Part shown: one piece after another, positions 12,863 through 26,740 of the stretch
How positions within the stretch are numbered: position 1 is the stretch's first letter
Layout: the number at the start of each line of letters is the position of its first letter
Assembly (NCBI RefSeq): GCF_030684315.1
Contig: NC_081390.1
Coordinates: forward strand, 12,400,001 to 12,464,000
Source: Stegostoma tigrinum
Taxonomy: Eukaryota
Length of the DNA stretch: 64,000 nucleotides
Direction of reading: 5' to 3'
The notes under the pieces: generated by a model
What the model was told of the DNA's origin: nothing
Database searches by the model: none
What the model saw: the letters and a program-made list of their open reading frames with translations, nothing else
Program-made: the position numbers and the translations under genes

Positions 12863-15800
12863 CAAATGTTGTTGTGAACATCTTTTTTTCAACCAAAGGC
12901 TCCTGGTGGCAGTTAGTCTCAAAAGTATCAAATCTAGTTTCTACAGAAGTTAAATGCCTTTTTGTAAGTAATAAGTAATCACCATACATTTCCATTTTTC
13001 CTTCAAGTTATGAGATAAAACAATTTCAACTTCAAGATCAGGATACCAGCACGGTAGGCCTGTCCAGGCAGACCATATTCTTCCTTTTTCCCTTCTGTAT
13101 CCTTCATGTCTTTTTTGGCTTACCTTTTCAAGTTCTGGACAGAGTGTAGCAGCGTTGATTGCATCATGGGGAGTCTGGCAGCAGCTGTGGGTCTCGAGCA
13201 GTGTCAGCAGGAGGTCCAATGCAGGGAAGCAACAGTGGGACTGAGCCCAACATGGTAAGGCGAACCCAAAGTGGCAGTCCCCTGCTCTGTGCGGTGTCGA
13301 GAGGAGGAAGCCTGAGTTTCTCTGGAAAGCAGGCCAAAGTAGAGGAGACTGAGTTCTTGCAGGGAGTGCGCTTAAGAAAGACTGTTGAACTTTTACCTTT
13401 ATTCCTTATCTTTCCACTTAATACTGGGAAAGACTGCAATGTTAACTTTCAACTTGCTTTATTTTTCTACTTATACGAAGAACAATGATAATGCTTTACT
13501 TTTAATTCTGTTTCTCTGTGTTATTCTTGTATCTAAGTTTTGTATCTAGGTACCTTTATACCTAAGATAGTGCCGTGTGTGGCGATATTGTACATTTTTC
13601 ACTGTACTCCTGTACTTCAGTATGTGCGATATTAAAGCTTAAATAAGATCAATAAATCGAATGGTTTACTCTCTGCAACACAGCAGTCCACATTCCCATT
13701 TTCTGGTTTGTTTGCAAAAATAAAGACAAAATCTTTGACTGTAAATCCAAAAGAAAACAAAAAACCTTTCCAACTCACCAGTTGTCATCACTTGGGAAGG
13801 AGACTTGCAGCCTCTACAGATTAGCCAGCAATTGCGCATTCAGAGTCTTTAGGAACAACTTGATACACTACTGCACAGTTTGATGAATGTGGCTTGGATT
13901 TTTTTACACTGCAAGAAGGATTTAATGCCTGCAAAGGCAGTCCAGTTATTGAGGCTGTTCAACGCCCAAGAGCAAAACTGAGCGTTATATGGGGTGAGGG
14001 TGAGGCAAGAACAGTTAGTGCAGTTTGTAAGCCCAAGACATGAAGCAGGCCAAAGCAAAAGTCCAAAAAATGTACAAAAGCACACCAGCTGCCATTTTAA
14101 ATACTTCAGATGCAAACGGAACAAAGTACGTAACTGAGATGATTGCCAGCAGGGTAACTCAATACCACAATTATGGCAGACGTAGTCATTTTAAGAAATG
14201 GTGACATTTTAAACAGAATTTAAATGACAATTAAAGCCACAGAAGATAGGATCCAACAAGGGATTAACAATGTACACAGTGAATTTTGGTCAGCGAATAT
14301 TGATATAAAGGGACACTGTAGTGAGTCTAAACTAGACACTGTTGCAGCAGAGCTATTACATCTGAGAAGTTAAAATGCTTAAAACAGATCGAGTTAAGAT
14401 CTTTTTCGAACAGGCAACAAGGACCAGGTGGAACAAAGATCAGATGATTGCAAGATTAATACAAAAAGGCAAAGAAATAAGTAAACCACTTTCCATGCTT
14501 ATAGCAAGGTGAATAGAACAGAAAAGCAAAATAAGATATAAAAAAGGAAAGAGATAAAAGAATGCAAAACTATTGAGAAAGTCACAGTTTACAAAGACAC
14601 ATAAAGTACCAGCATGGAGAAACTAAGCTTCTCATTTTGAGCATGACAATTAAATAATAATTAAATTAAGTAAATGAACTTTCCGAATTTTAGACATGAG
14701 TGAAATAGATGGCTAGTTTCATCTAACAATCTGATTGTTTTGTCGCCGTTACTTAGGAAATATGTTGTAACCCACCCCAATCAATCATTGCTATATTTTT
14801 CTAACAGTACTTTGTCATGCTAACTCTGGGTTATGTTCACATGTAATATGTGATAGCCAAAAGCTATCATCTTTGAGTGGAGGTTTTTAAATCATTCCTG
14901 GGCTCCCACAATGGTTGCAGGACATCTTGTGTTATCTGCCATTAGTTGGACTTGTTTGTGCACATATAGTTTATCAATAGCAGTGAGGAAAATGGGGATC
15001 TTTGATCCGTGTAATGACCAACCTATCTCTGGTCTCTCTTTGTCTCCTTCAAACTTCAATACCACATAACTCAGATCATCTACTCCCATGTCCAGACCAT
15101 TGTCCACTTGTGTTATGAGATTACCCAGTGCAGAAAACCTCACCAATGCTATTGACTGACTTCCAGATCTGATTGTTCTATTGTTCTGATGTCTGCTCTC
15201 AGAAGGCTGTTGTTTGTACAGTATTCAATGTGAAAACTCAAGCAGTCATTGCCCTTCTCCTCAACAATCCATGTCGATCCCTAGCCTTATTTAAATATTC
15301 CACTCAAAAACCTTTCTATCAGCATTCATCCTTTGTTCTTCTAAATTTGGTCTATTATGTATTGCCCCCATTTGCTCACAGTGACTCAACCTTTATCCGC
15401 AACTAAAATGCAATTCCCTTCCAATTCACTCTCCTATTGAATTTTCTGTAAGGGACATCTGGTTGTTCATCATGGAACCGGCTGTAAAGAAAAGTAAGTT
15501 GTTTGTAGTGACAAAGTCCACCTGTCTTTTGGACAGTAGATGTCCGAACAAACAGCAGAAGAAAGAGAACTTCTAAAAAAAACTTTTAAAATGGTGACAT
15601 ACACCCACGTTGATGCATTTAGAAAATTACTTGGGTTAAAAACAATAAGAAACAAAAATCTGTGTGGTTGCCAGAGCACAATTAGTTAATGTAGCTCCAT
15701 GAACACAGCTCAAATGAAATTATCTATTACCCAACAGCATAGTGTAGCGAGACTGATGTCACGCAGTCTACAGACCATATTGTCTAATTCTGCTGGGGAA

Positions 15801-18138
15801 AAAAGAGCTTGCAGGATGGAAAATGGCTTCCATAGGAAAGAAAAGACGTGGGAGGCTGGAATTCAGATCGAAAAGAAGCTCTCTATCCATGATGTCGAGT
15901 GACATCTTCTTCCCTTCAATTCCAATGCTAATTTGTTTCCCCAACCTCATGTACATAACATGTGTCTATGACCAAACTCATATTTGTATGCGTGTGCCAA
16001 ATAGCTGGGATCGACACCATATGTGCGCATTTTCTGGACCCACAAATTTGCATATGAATTTTGAGACTTAGGCTAAGATGACTGCAAAGCTGGCTGGCTT
16101 GGAGTGTGGAATATTATTAAATGTCACATTTCTGGAACATGGCCTAAAGCAATTGGCCCATAGACTGAATCTCTGGAGTCACTGGTAGGTCCCTGATGTG
16201 AGAAACAACAAGTACATGAGAGCATAAGGAATAGGAGCAGGAGTCAGCCATTCACTCTGCTTACCCACTCCACCATTCAACAAGATCATGGCTGATCAAC
16301 CCAGGCTTCAACTCTTCTTTCATGGCAAGTCCTCTTTCTAAGCCCACACCTCCCCAGTATTGCATAAATCTATTTACATTTCCTTTAAATCCTTTCAATG
16401 ATCTAGCCTCCACATCTCGGTGGGTTAAGAAAAAATCCAGATACCCAATATCCTCTGGTGGAAAAAATTCTTTCAAATCTGAATATTGACAGAGTTTTGC
16501 CTTCTTAAGAACACTCAGATTTCCCTGCACTGCACTTTCTTTTGGAAACTCTCTCCATTTGAATGGTAGTCGGCCTTTTGATTCTTCATACAAATGTACA
16601 TGGCCTCACTTTCCTGTGTTAAACTCTGACTGCCAAGTTTTTGCCTACTCACTCAACTTAGCTCGTTTACAATTTCTTATATCCTTACCAAAATATGCAA
16701 TGTCATTCCACCTATTTTTGTATCATCAGAAAAATTAGCTGTTACACTCTGCCCCCTCCTCCAAGCATTAGTAAAGACAGTAAATAATTATGGATCTAGG
16801 AGTAATCTTCATGGTTCTCCATTAGTCATATCCATCCAACCAGAAAAAGCCCCATTAATCCTGACCCTCTGTGCCCATACATTATCTCCAATACTGTGAG
16901 CTCCTGTCTGTGTAATAACCTTTTGTGACACCTTATCAAATGCCTTCTGAAAATCCAAATACTTTATGTCCACTGGTTTCCTTTGATTAACTCTGCTTGG
17001 TTAGTCTCAAAGAACTCAAGCAAATTTGTCAAACATAATTTCCCTTTCACAAAATCATACTTACTCTGTGTGAACTGCATTAAAGTTTTCCAAATGTCCT
17101 GCTGTTTCTTCCTTAATAATGAATAATTGCATTTTCTCAATGACAGATATTAGGCTAACCACACTGTTGTTTCTGCTTTGCATCTCTCTCTGCCTTCTTA
17201 AACATGGATGTCACGTTAATGATTTTCCAATCTGCTGAAACCCTCACAGAATCCAGTGAGGTCTGGAATATTTCGATCAATGGCTCCTCTATCTCAGCAG
17301 CTGCATCCCTTAAAACCCTTGGAAATAGGCCATCAGGTCCTGGCAACTTGTCTGCCTTCAGTCCTACTAGTTTGTTAAATACTTTAGCCATCGTGATAGA
17401 TGCTGTTACAAGACATTTACTCCCATTAGCACTTCACTTATGTTAGTGTTGTATCCTCCACTGTGAAAGCTGATACTAAATATTGGTTGAAATTATCTGC
17501 CATTTACTGTTCCATGGTATTAATTTTCCACTTGCATCTGCCAAGAGCATTACACTTACTTTAGCCACATTTTTGTTTTATTTACATACATAAACTCTTG
17601 ATGTTTGCCTTTAGATTTCTGAACAACTTACTTTAATAATGAATATTCTCACTCTTTATCAGCTTTATAGTCATCAGCTGCTGGTGCCTAAAATATTCGC
17701 AGTCCTCTGACTAGCTTTTGCCACTTTGTATGCCTGAGTTTTTGATTGGATACTCTCATTGACCAACTTTTGTTAACCATGGGTGGGTCATCCTTCTCGT
17801 TTAGTACTTTTTTATGACTGGAATAAATTATTATTGAGTGTTATGAAATATTTGCTTAAAAGTTTGTCTTGGCTTATCCACTACCTGCACACTTAGTCTA
17901 TTTTCCCAGCCTGTTTTAGATAATTCCATCTTCAAATTTCTATAAATGCCCTTATTTAAGATGAGGACACTGGTTTGAGAGCCAAGTTGCTAACTGCCAA
18001 ACTGAATTTCAAATTCTACGAATATTGTGAGTGACTAGCTCTGAGAGGATTGTTAACTAAGAGGTCTCTTTTCAACTTCTGTTACTAGATCTAAAACAGC
18101 CTGTTCCTGTGGAGATTGTGCAACTTACAGCCCTAAGA

Positions 18139-18351
18139 TACAAAAACCAAAAGAAATGCAGATGCTGTAAATCAGGAACAAAAACAAAGTTGCTGGAAAA
18201 GCTCAGCAGGTCTGGCAGCATCTGTGTAAAACAGAATTAATATTTCGGGTCCAGTGACCCTTCCTCAGAACTGTTTTCTTCCTCAGAACTCTGTTTTCTC
18301 CTCCATAGATGCTGCCAGACCTGCTGAGCTTTTCCAGGAACTTTGTTTTTG
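18139..18351. mobile_element. Penelope-like short repeat, inverted pair inserted into a CR1 LINE
   Basis: Inverted arms; GCCCTAAGA is duplicated at 18130-18138 and 18352-18360. Confidence 0.75.
18235..18272 (-). ncRNA. Putative minimal type I hammerhead ribozyme motif in a Penelope-like short repeat
   Basis: The minus strand reads AGUU CUGAGGA A GGGUC-ACUG-GACCC GAAAU AUU AAUU. It has the core boxes, a 5-bp stem II, a 4-bp stem I (AGUU/AAUU with one G-U), and a loopless palindromic stem III. Activity is not shown. Confidence 0.6.
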
Positions 18352-19767
18352 GCCCTAAGAAACAATCCTGATGCAATCCACAAAATTCATCTTCCACGTG
18401 CCCTTGTCCATCTGATTAGTCCAGTCAATATTCAATTTAAAGTCACCCATGAAAATTGTAACACCCACTTATGTGCCTCTGTTATTTCTCAATTTATACA
18501 TTGACCCACAGTGAGGCGAATCTTCAGGGGAGTGTAGACAATTTCCACCCATGACTTCTTTCCCTGCTGCTCCTCATTTCCACCCAAACTAATTCCTCAT
18601 CATGATCTGATGTTTCTACATCTCTACTCATCTTCACTCTGACACAGTCCTTTATTAACAAAACTATCCCGCCTCCCGTTCTTTTTTGCCTTTTGTTCGA
18701 GAACATTGAATATCAAGATGTCAATCTTGGTCACTCTGCAACCATGGTTTTCTAATAGATATCAAGTCATATTCATTTGTTTCTCCTTGTGCGGTAAACA
18801 CATCTATCTTGTTCCAAATACCATGAACATTCAGATAAACAGCCTTCAACTTTTATTTGTTGTTATTGCTACCCACTCTGGTTCTAATTTCTGCTGCACA
18901 CTCCTACATATATTTTTCTCTCTTTCGAGTCACACATTAATTTTTGTTCACCTCTCTCCTACCCAGTGCCTCTGCTCTCATGTTTCTTTTTAATTTTTTT
19001 TAAACTTTGCTTCAATTGAACCCTCCTCTCTCTAAGTCAATTAAGGCCTGTCTATAATCCTAGCCATTTGATTTGTCAGGGCACTGGTCCCAGTATAGTT
19101 GAAATGAACCTTGTTCCAACAGCTCTCTCTTTCACCAGCACTAGTGTCAGTGCCCCACGAATCAGAACTCATTGAAAGTCATAGAGTTATACGGCTCAGA
19201 AACAGACCCTTCAGTCCAACTCATCCATGCCAAGTCTCCCAAACTAAATTAATCACATTTGCCTGCATCTTGACAATATCCTTCTAAACCTTTCATGTAC
19301 CTACCCAATGTCTTTTAAAAGTTATAATTATACCTGCGTCTACCACTTCTTCTGGCAGTTCGTTCCACATTACAACCACTGTCTGCGTGAAAAAGCTGTC
19401 CCTCAAGTCCCTTTTGAATCTTTCCCCTCTCACCTTAAAAGTATGCCCTCTAGTTTTGAACTCCCCTACCCTAGGGAAAAGACCTTTGCTATTCACCTCA
19501 CCTACGCCTGTCATGATTTTATAAACCTCCATAACCCTCTACCTCCTATGCTCCAGTGAAAGAAGTCCCAGCCTGTCCAGATTCTGCTTGTAACTTGAAC
19601 CCTCCATGCCCAGCAACATCCTTGTAAAGTTTTTCTGTACCCTCTCCAACTTAATAATATTTTTGCTAAAGCAGTGCTACCGGAACTGTACACAGTACTC
19701 CAGAAGTACCCTCACCAACATGCTGTACAACTGCAACCTGACACCCCAACTCCTTTACTCAATGGTC

Positions 19768-20396
19768 TGAAAATGGCAACACTTTGGCTTTAAGGAAGTG
19801 TATTTTATCCCGCTTTTTTTTGAAGAGGCTTTGAGCTAAAGGTGCTGAGCTGTCTCCTCCAAGTCAATAAATTTTGTGAGGCCTTAGGTTTTTTTCCTAA
19901 ACGTTGGAACAATAGAAACAACTTGAATGGGTAGAGTCGGGCTTCCACGGAACCAGAGTTTTAGTTAGCTTTCAGCAGTTTCTGTTTATTGGAGCTGGTT
20001 GTCAAAGCTGCTACATCTTTCGCCCTGGTGTAGATAAACACTTAGATTCTCTTCCTGCTGCCAGAATCATATGTAAGACCATCTATTTTACTGAATTTGC
20101 TTTTGCCAAGAGTGTGTTTATGGAATGTTACCATTTTGGAATAGTTGCTGTTTAGTAGTTAAATAATCTATTATTCTGTTAATTTTTCCAAATGATTTAA
20201 GTTGTTCCAATTCTTCTTTTGTTTCTTTTGTATTTTAACTAAGGTTAAGAATAAAGAGTGTTTTGCTTAAAGCTGAGTTGTGCAACCAATCAAATTATAC
20301 CTGGAACGCAGAACATACACTTGCCTTTAAATAAGAAACAGTTAGGGTCTAGGCTATCTTCTTGGTTTGCTTGAAGTTTTGGTCTGGTCCATTACA
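19768..20396 (+). mobile_element. Probable solo LTR inserted in a CR1 LINE
   Basis: A ~630 nt non-LINE block with TG...TTACA ends and an internal AATAAA (~20250). LINE sequence resumes on both sides. No clean TSD was found. Confidence 0.45.
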
Positions 20397-21044
20397 TGAG
20401 CAATGAAGGCAAACTTGTCAAATGCCTTCTTTACCATCCTGACTACCTGTGATGTGACTTTCAAGGAACTGTGAACCTGAACCCCTAGGTCTTTCCATTC
20501 CATAACACTCCCCAGGCCCTAACATTAACAATGAATGCCCTCAAGCAAAGTCAATGCTATCCCTCATCAGTCCTTGCCTTTCCAGATGCTTGTAAATCCT
20601 TTCTCTCAGAATCCCATCATAGACAACAAATTCACTGGTTTATCATTCCCTGGCTTTTCCTTCCAGCCTTTCTGAAATAAAGACACAACATTAGTCATCT
20701 TTCAGTCTTCAGGCACCTTACCCATGGCTGTCGATAAAAAAAATCTCTGCTATGATCCCATAATTTCTTCCCTAGCTTCCCTCAACATCCTCGGAAACAC
20801 CTGATCAGGTCCAGGGGATTTATCTATCTTTAGACTTTTTAAGACCTCCAGCATCTCCTCTTCTGAAATGTGCACTGTTTTCAAGACATCAATATTTGTT
20901 TCCCTGAATCCCTTCACTTCTATGTCTTTCTCCACAGTAAATACGAAGGTGAAATTTCATTTAGTATCTCTCAAATCTCCTCTGATTCCACACATTGATG
21001 ACCTTGTTAATCTTACTCTCTCCCTAGTGGCTTTTTCGCTTTTA

Positions 21045-21610
21045 CATAGAACATAGAACAACACAGCGCAGAACAGGCCCTTCAGCCCTCGATGTTGCGG
21101 TGACCTGTGAACTAATCTAAGCCCCTCCCCCTACACTATCCCATCATTATCCATATGCTTATCCAAGCACTGTATATATGCCCCTGATGTGGCTGAGGTA
21201 ACTACATTGGCAGGCAGGGCGTTCCACACCCTTCTCACTCTCTGAGTAAAGAACCTGCCTCTGACATCTGTCTTAAATCTATCACTCCTCAATTTGTAGC
21301 TATGCCCCCTTGTACAAGCTGAAGTCATCATCCTCAGAAAAAGGCTCTCACTGTCCACCCTATCTAATCCTCTGATCATCTTGTATGACTCTATGAAATC
21401 CCCTCTTGGCCTCCTTCTCTCCAATGAGAACAGACCCAAGTCCCTCAGCCTTGCTTCATAGGGCCTGCGCTCCAGACCAAGCAACATCCTGGTAAGTCTC
21501 CTCTACACCTTTTCCAATGCTTCCACATTCTTCCTGTAATGGGGTGACCAGAACTGCACGCAATATTCCAAATGAGGCCGCACTAGCGTTTTGTACAGTT
21601 GCAGCATGAA
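21045..21610 (-). mobile_element. Young CR1-type LINE 3' fragment (nested)
   Basis: ORF 21131-21487 YEARLRDLGLFSLERRR..TRGHSYKL..RFFTQRV..VWNALP, with an AACATAG tail. Confidence 0.9.
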
Positions 21611-22079
21611 AATATTTTAATATGCTTGTAGGATCTCTTTGGATTATCCTTATCCTTATCTGCCAGGGCTATCTCATATCCCCTTTTTGCCCTTCTGATT
21701 TCTGTCTTCAGAATGCTGTTACTCCCCTTATACTCTTCAAGACATTCACTTGATCCCAGTTGTCCATACCTGCCATATGGCTCCTCTTATTCTTGACCAG
21801 AGCCTCAATATCTCTATTCATCTTGTTCCCTACTCCTACCAGCCTTACACTTCATTCTAAAAGGAACATACTGCCTCTGAACTCTTGAACAGTATTGAAA
21901 TTCCCCCAGTTTTCCAGTCACCACTTTACCTGTGAAAAGTCGACCCCAATCAACTTTGGAAAGTTCCTGTCTCCTATCATCAAAATAGGCCAAACTCAAA
22001 CTAAGAACGTTAACTTTTATATGAAGCCTACCTTTTTCCATAGCTATTTTATTTCTCCCACACCAATCTTTGAGCCAAG

Positions 22080-22700
22080 TATTTCGCTCTTTATTTCACC
22101 TATTTGCAGATGGCTCGGGTAGTAATCCAGAAATTATTATCTTTATGCAGCTGCTTGTGAAGGCTCAGCAGAATGGCTTCCCTAGTCCTATCTATGTCAC
22201 TGGTACCTATGGGGACCATGAGAACTAGGTCCTTTCCCTCCAAGCTCCTTGCCAGCCCATAATGTTGGCGCCAGTTGGGCAACTCAGCCTTCGGGACCCT
22301 CTGTCTTTGCTGAAGAGAATGATATCTATTTCCCTAACTATACTATCCTCTATTACCAATATATTTATCTTCCTTACTCGAACGGTGCTCTGGCCAGTCA
22401 GTTTGTTCATTGTCTCTGCAGTCTCTGGCCACACTGGGAGCTATTGGAAAAAAACAATAGGTTGAGGCTCATCAAAAGCTAAATTCTGAACTCCAAAACC
22501 TGCCTCACTCACAGTTACACTCACGTCCCTGGCCACGTACTAAATATGATGTAATTTTTATCTAAAGAAGTATGACCGTCTCTGAAACAGAATGTCCAGG
22601 TAACCCTCCCCCTCGCTGATGTGTCACAGTGTCTGGAGCCTGGAGTCCATCTCAGCAACACTGAGACAAAATTCCTCCGCCAGATCCCACAGTAGCATCA
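22080..22700 (-). mobile_element. CR1 ORF1 remnant (SGNH esterase-like)
   Basis: ILVIEDSIVREID, C.TGA and VPIGTSDI resemble the VIGDSIVR / CLPGA / HIGTND motifs of CR1 ORF1. Confidence 0.6.
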
Positions 22701-23379
22701 CATCACTGGCTCCGCCTTCTCTATTTTATTTAATTTGTTATCTTGCATTTTATATATTTTAGGAGTGAACCTCTTAGCTGTGCTTTTCAGCTGCAATAAC
22801 ATCTCCTGATTTTAAACCACTTGACAAATGATGACAGACATTGAAGAAACACCAATCGAACATCTTCCTGCTTTTGAGTGATATCTCACTTCAGCTTTAA
22901 CAGGTAAAAGCAGGTCGAAGAGCTTCTCCTCCATTGTTTTTATCTCCTTTGGCTGCTGCCTTTGTCACACAGCTTTGCTCTTCTGTTTGCGAAGCTTCTG
23001 TTCAGCACTCTCTCACATTGTTTGAGAAGCTGTTGATCCTACTTATTTTGTAATTGCAAAAGTATACTTTACTCATGAATTATCTGTAAAAACAGTACAA
23101 AGCAGTTCAATTTGGACATTACAGAGAATACAGTGAAATTATGACATCTCTCATTTTGGATTCCAATCTACTGAAAAAAAGAGTAACCTTTGCTGAACAT
23201 GAAAATACCGTATTTATATTCCAATTAAAGCTACAAGGTTGGGGAGGTGGTGTCTTGGACTTCACAACCCCTCATTTTTTCAAGGCAGAAAGACCTTAGA
23301 CACTAGCTTGGTGGCAGTTGCCCCAAACTTTGGTGTGTCCCTTACCCATAATCCTGGACTTTAGCTCAGCTGGCTCAAT

Positions 23380-23576
23380 AGTTGGCTTGAAGTGCAGAGT
23401 GATACCAACAGTGTGGGTTCAATTCCCCCTTTTAGCTGAGGTTACCATGAAGACCTCTCCTTCTCAACCCCTCCCTTCACCTGAGATGCAGTGACCCTGA
23501 GGTCAAGCTACAATCAGTTGTCCTTCTCCAATGAGAGAACAGCCTTTAGGTCTGGTAAGACTATGATGGCTTTACT
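23380..23576 (+). mobile_element. tRNA-derived SINE, third family
   Basis: A-box-like TAGCTCAGCTGG and B-box-like GGTTCAATTCC, followed by a ~150 nt body. Confidence 0.55.
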
Positions 23577-23579
23577 GGG

Positions 23580-24200
23580 CCTTGGAATGTGCCAGTCAGG
23601 AATATTTGGTCAAGGTTAACTCTTCGCACTGGAAGGCCAGCATGTTTCTGGCAGACCAAAGAGTGTCTTTTACTGAACTGAAAGCCCTCCAGACACTGTC
23701 AAAGTTTGTCTCAATGTATGTCCTGGGGAGAAGACCGTAGAGCACAGAGTACTGCATCATGGATCTGGTCATGACGAAACTCAACAAATACCACTGCATC
23801 TGTTTCCAGACCTTCTTTGCAAAGATATTCCAGAAGGAGCTGTGTGATAGTCTCTTCACCACCACAGCCCTCTCAAGTGCACTGTGAGGTGGCATAGACA
23901 GACCATGAAGGATTGGATAGGTAGTGCCCTTCTCACCACCAGCCAATCTATATTTTGGTCCTTGTTGCAATGCTCTAGTGATGAAACGTTCTGCTAACTT
24001 ACTTCGACAGTCTGCTCAGGGAGCCACTCGACAGAATCAATACTCTCCTTTTCCCACAGGGCCTTGAGGATATTACACGCTGATGGACTTGTGTTCAAAT
24101 TTTCTTTCCAGATTTTTCCATGAGAAACAGATGATATGGAACGGTCCAATTATTTGGAGCATTCTGTGGCAAAATGGAGGGGAACCATGCCTCACCTTGG
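23580..24200 (-). mobile_element. L1/Tx1-clade LINE ORF2 C-terminal fragment
   Basis: FAKKVWKQMQW...SVLYGL...SVKDTLWSARN.L.FQ resembles the Tx1-type C-terminal region. Confidence 0.65.
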
Positions 24201-25799
24201 CAAAACATTCCTCCCATGTTTTGGTGAATGCTTGTCCACTTCAATCATAAACCTCTCACAATACAAGCTAACACGTATTATTGCAGCAAGTGAAGCCCAA
24301 TAGCTATGGTCTAGCACACATTGGTTTGAAGCCATGGCTCTAGAAATACTCACAACCTCTGTGATATTTGTGCCAGATGATTTTCATCCAACGATCCATT
24401 AATGTGACATGCAGCCACCTCAAACAGTTCACAGATATATGAATCATCTCAAAATTGATGCATTATACAATACAGAGGGAGGTTATGTGACCCTCAATGC
24501 TTGAACAAAATATTTTCAAAAAATGATCCAATTAGTCTCTCGCCCCTGCATTTTTCCAATAGCCATGCAAACTTTGCCACTTCCGATTTATCCAGGTTCT
24601 TTTCAAAAGTTATGATTAAATTTGCTTCCGTCAGCCCTTCAGCAGTAAATTACAGATCAGAACAAGCCTGAAAATTTTTTTCTCTTTTCCCTCGCTGCTT
24701 TTAGAGTAATGATGTGGCTTGCTTTATTTTAAGTAATTTATTGAATGGAGATAATGTGCCATTGAAGTCTTCCATTATTCCCAAAAGAGGGTATAAGAAG
24801 AAACAACAATGGAATTCATTATTGTTGCAATTGTAGCAAGAATCAAAAGACTAAACTAAAGGACAAAGCACAAACTTCTAAGAAGCATTTCCTCATAATT
24901 GCATGTGATATATTTGGAACTATTGCACCAGATCTGTGCAGCTTCCATGTATGATATCATTAGTTAATCATTCTGACAATTATCCACTAAAATATTAATG
25001 AGAAATAAAGCAATCATCCCAACACATCTGGCTCAGTGGTTAGCTATGGCCATGTCATTATGCCTTTACTATTTGTAAAATGCATCCAGGCTATGACATT
25101 TAGTAAGCCTACTCTCTTGTCAATTAACATTGGGTTTAGTTATGTCTACATGTGTTCTGGTTGCATCATGCTGCACTCATGCAGTCACGAGACCTCTCTC
25201 ATAACAAGGAAAAGCTGTGTGCTTATAGTATGTATCCAGAAGTTCCAAAGGAAGTGGAAATTACAATCAAAATAGTAACTGCACAGATAGTTCTTGAGAC
25301 AGATATTGGCCCAAGTCCTATGGAAGAGGTACATTATTCACATGCTGTTCAAATTTGTTGCTCTAATGTTGTTATCCAAAGGGTAGGAAGAATGTGAAGC
25401 TCACTACTACATCCAATGAATGAGGTAATATGAAATCAGTCAAGGCTAATTAAAACAATTGGGGAGAAAACAAATGTTGATAAGGTTAGATGAAGTTGCA
25501 TGGAAGGTGCATACTTTGAAGCAAAAACCACAGATCAATTGAACAAAAAGGATTACTCCTGTCCTACAAATTGGATGTAAATGCAAACTGAAGTGAATAT
25601 TTTTTACAGATAAAAATATAAACTAACCATTGCTTTTTAGCACTTCCTCCTGTATTAGCACCAAATTGACTGCTGGAATGAATATTCTGCACTCTTTCAT
25701 GCTACATTCTTTGGTGCACTCTTTAAGTGGAAGTGTTAATGCCATTTTTTAAAATTGGCTTAAGAGGTTAAAGAGCTGCTCATTGAGACATCAGTGAAA

Positions 25800-26155
25800 G
25801 AATTTTTTTCCTTTATTCTTTCGCAGAGAGGGGACATTGCTGGCCAGGCAGCATTTATTGCCCATCCCTAATTGTCAAGAGGACAGTTCAGAGTCAACCA
25901 CATTGTCGTGGGTCTGGAGTCACATGTAAGCCAGCAGATTTCCTTCCCCAAAGGACATTAGTGAACCAGATAGGCTTTTTCCCAACAATTGACGATGCAT
26001 CAATGGTTATCATTAGACTCCATTGGGTCCAGATACTTATTAAATTCAAATTCCACCATCTGCCATTGTAAGATTCAAACCTGTGTCCCCAGAACATTAC
26101 CTGGGTCTCTGGATTAACAGGACACTGATAATACCAGTCAGCCATCACCTTCCCT
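25800..26155 (-). mobile_element. tRNA-derived SINE, second family (further copies ~34750-35140 -, ~48990-49350 -, ~57505-57870 +, ~59870-60050 +, ~41410-41850 +)
   Basis: Shared core GAGTCAACCACATTG..GTGGGTCTGGAGTCACATGTA and a tRNA-like head, seen in several copies within the window. Confidence 0.7.
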
Positions 26156-26379
26156 TGATATTCCACACAAGTAACCCATCTACAGTAAATTAGATTGCAA
26201 CATTTGTTGTAGCTATGTGTGAAATACATAGTCAACAACAACACATTCTGATTTGTTCAGGCCATTAATTTAGGCCAACAGATTCCCAATAAATCTCAAC
26301 CTCACCACATGTATCTAAACAAGAATTTGTACTTATTTCACAACCATAGGACAGACATTGTAAATTCCTTACAGCCAGT

Positions 26380-26740
26380 GAAGAGCCAGTCTTCAAATGT
26401 AACAGTGCAATGTAGGGAACACAGTGCAGTCTGTTTGTAGACAGCAAACTCCCACAAACAACAAGGTGTTAATGAACAGTTAAACTGTATTTATGAAATT
26501 CATTGCAGATGAACATTTTTCCTGGCCCTAGGGATAAACTGCTGGTATTGCTGAAATAACACCTTGGGATAGTTTTCATTCACCTGATAAGACAGAAGGA
26601 AGCTCCATTTAATATCTTATCCAGAAGATTGCATGCATGACAGTGCAGCACTCCCTGAATACTACAGGAATGTCAGCCTGTGTGCAGGTCCTGGGAAGGA
26701 ATTTGAGCCCCACAACCTTCTGATTCAACATGAGGTCCCA
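26380..26740 (-). mobile_element. Deu-domain SINE, degenerate
   Basis: AATGTAGGGAACACAG...CAGCAAACTCCCACAAACA...GACAGTGCAGCACTCCCTGAATACT...GTCAGCC. Confidence 0.6.

Larger units (their letters stand above)
16220..19170 (-). mobile_element. Old CR1-type LINE, degenerate ORF2
   Basis: Fragments KADKLPGPDGLFPRVLRD..IFQTSLDS..VSADWKIINV (pre-RT) and GGGIVLLIKD..ELVWVEMR (endonuclease); 3' tail near 16220. Confidence 0.85.
19178..22050 (-). mobile_element. CR1-type LINE interrupted by nested insertions
   Basis: EVYKIM...TRGH.FKVRGERFK (ORF2 end) and DKSPGPDQVFPRMLREAREEI; colinearity is broken at 19768-20396 and 21045-21610. Confidence 0.8.

Noticed and set aside
11560-13020. Possible LTR-like element hosting several short repeats
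   Set aside because: No confident termini or TSD could be defined.
14892-15146. 84-aa minus-strand ORF
   Set aside because: It has a non-ATG start, no convincing splice sites and no recognisable homology.
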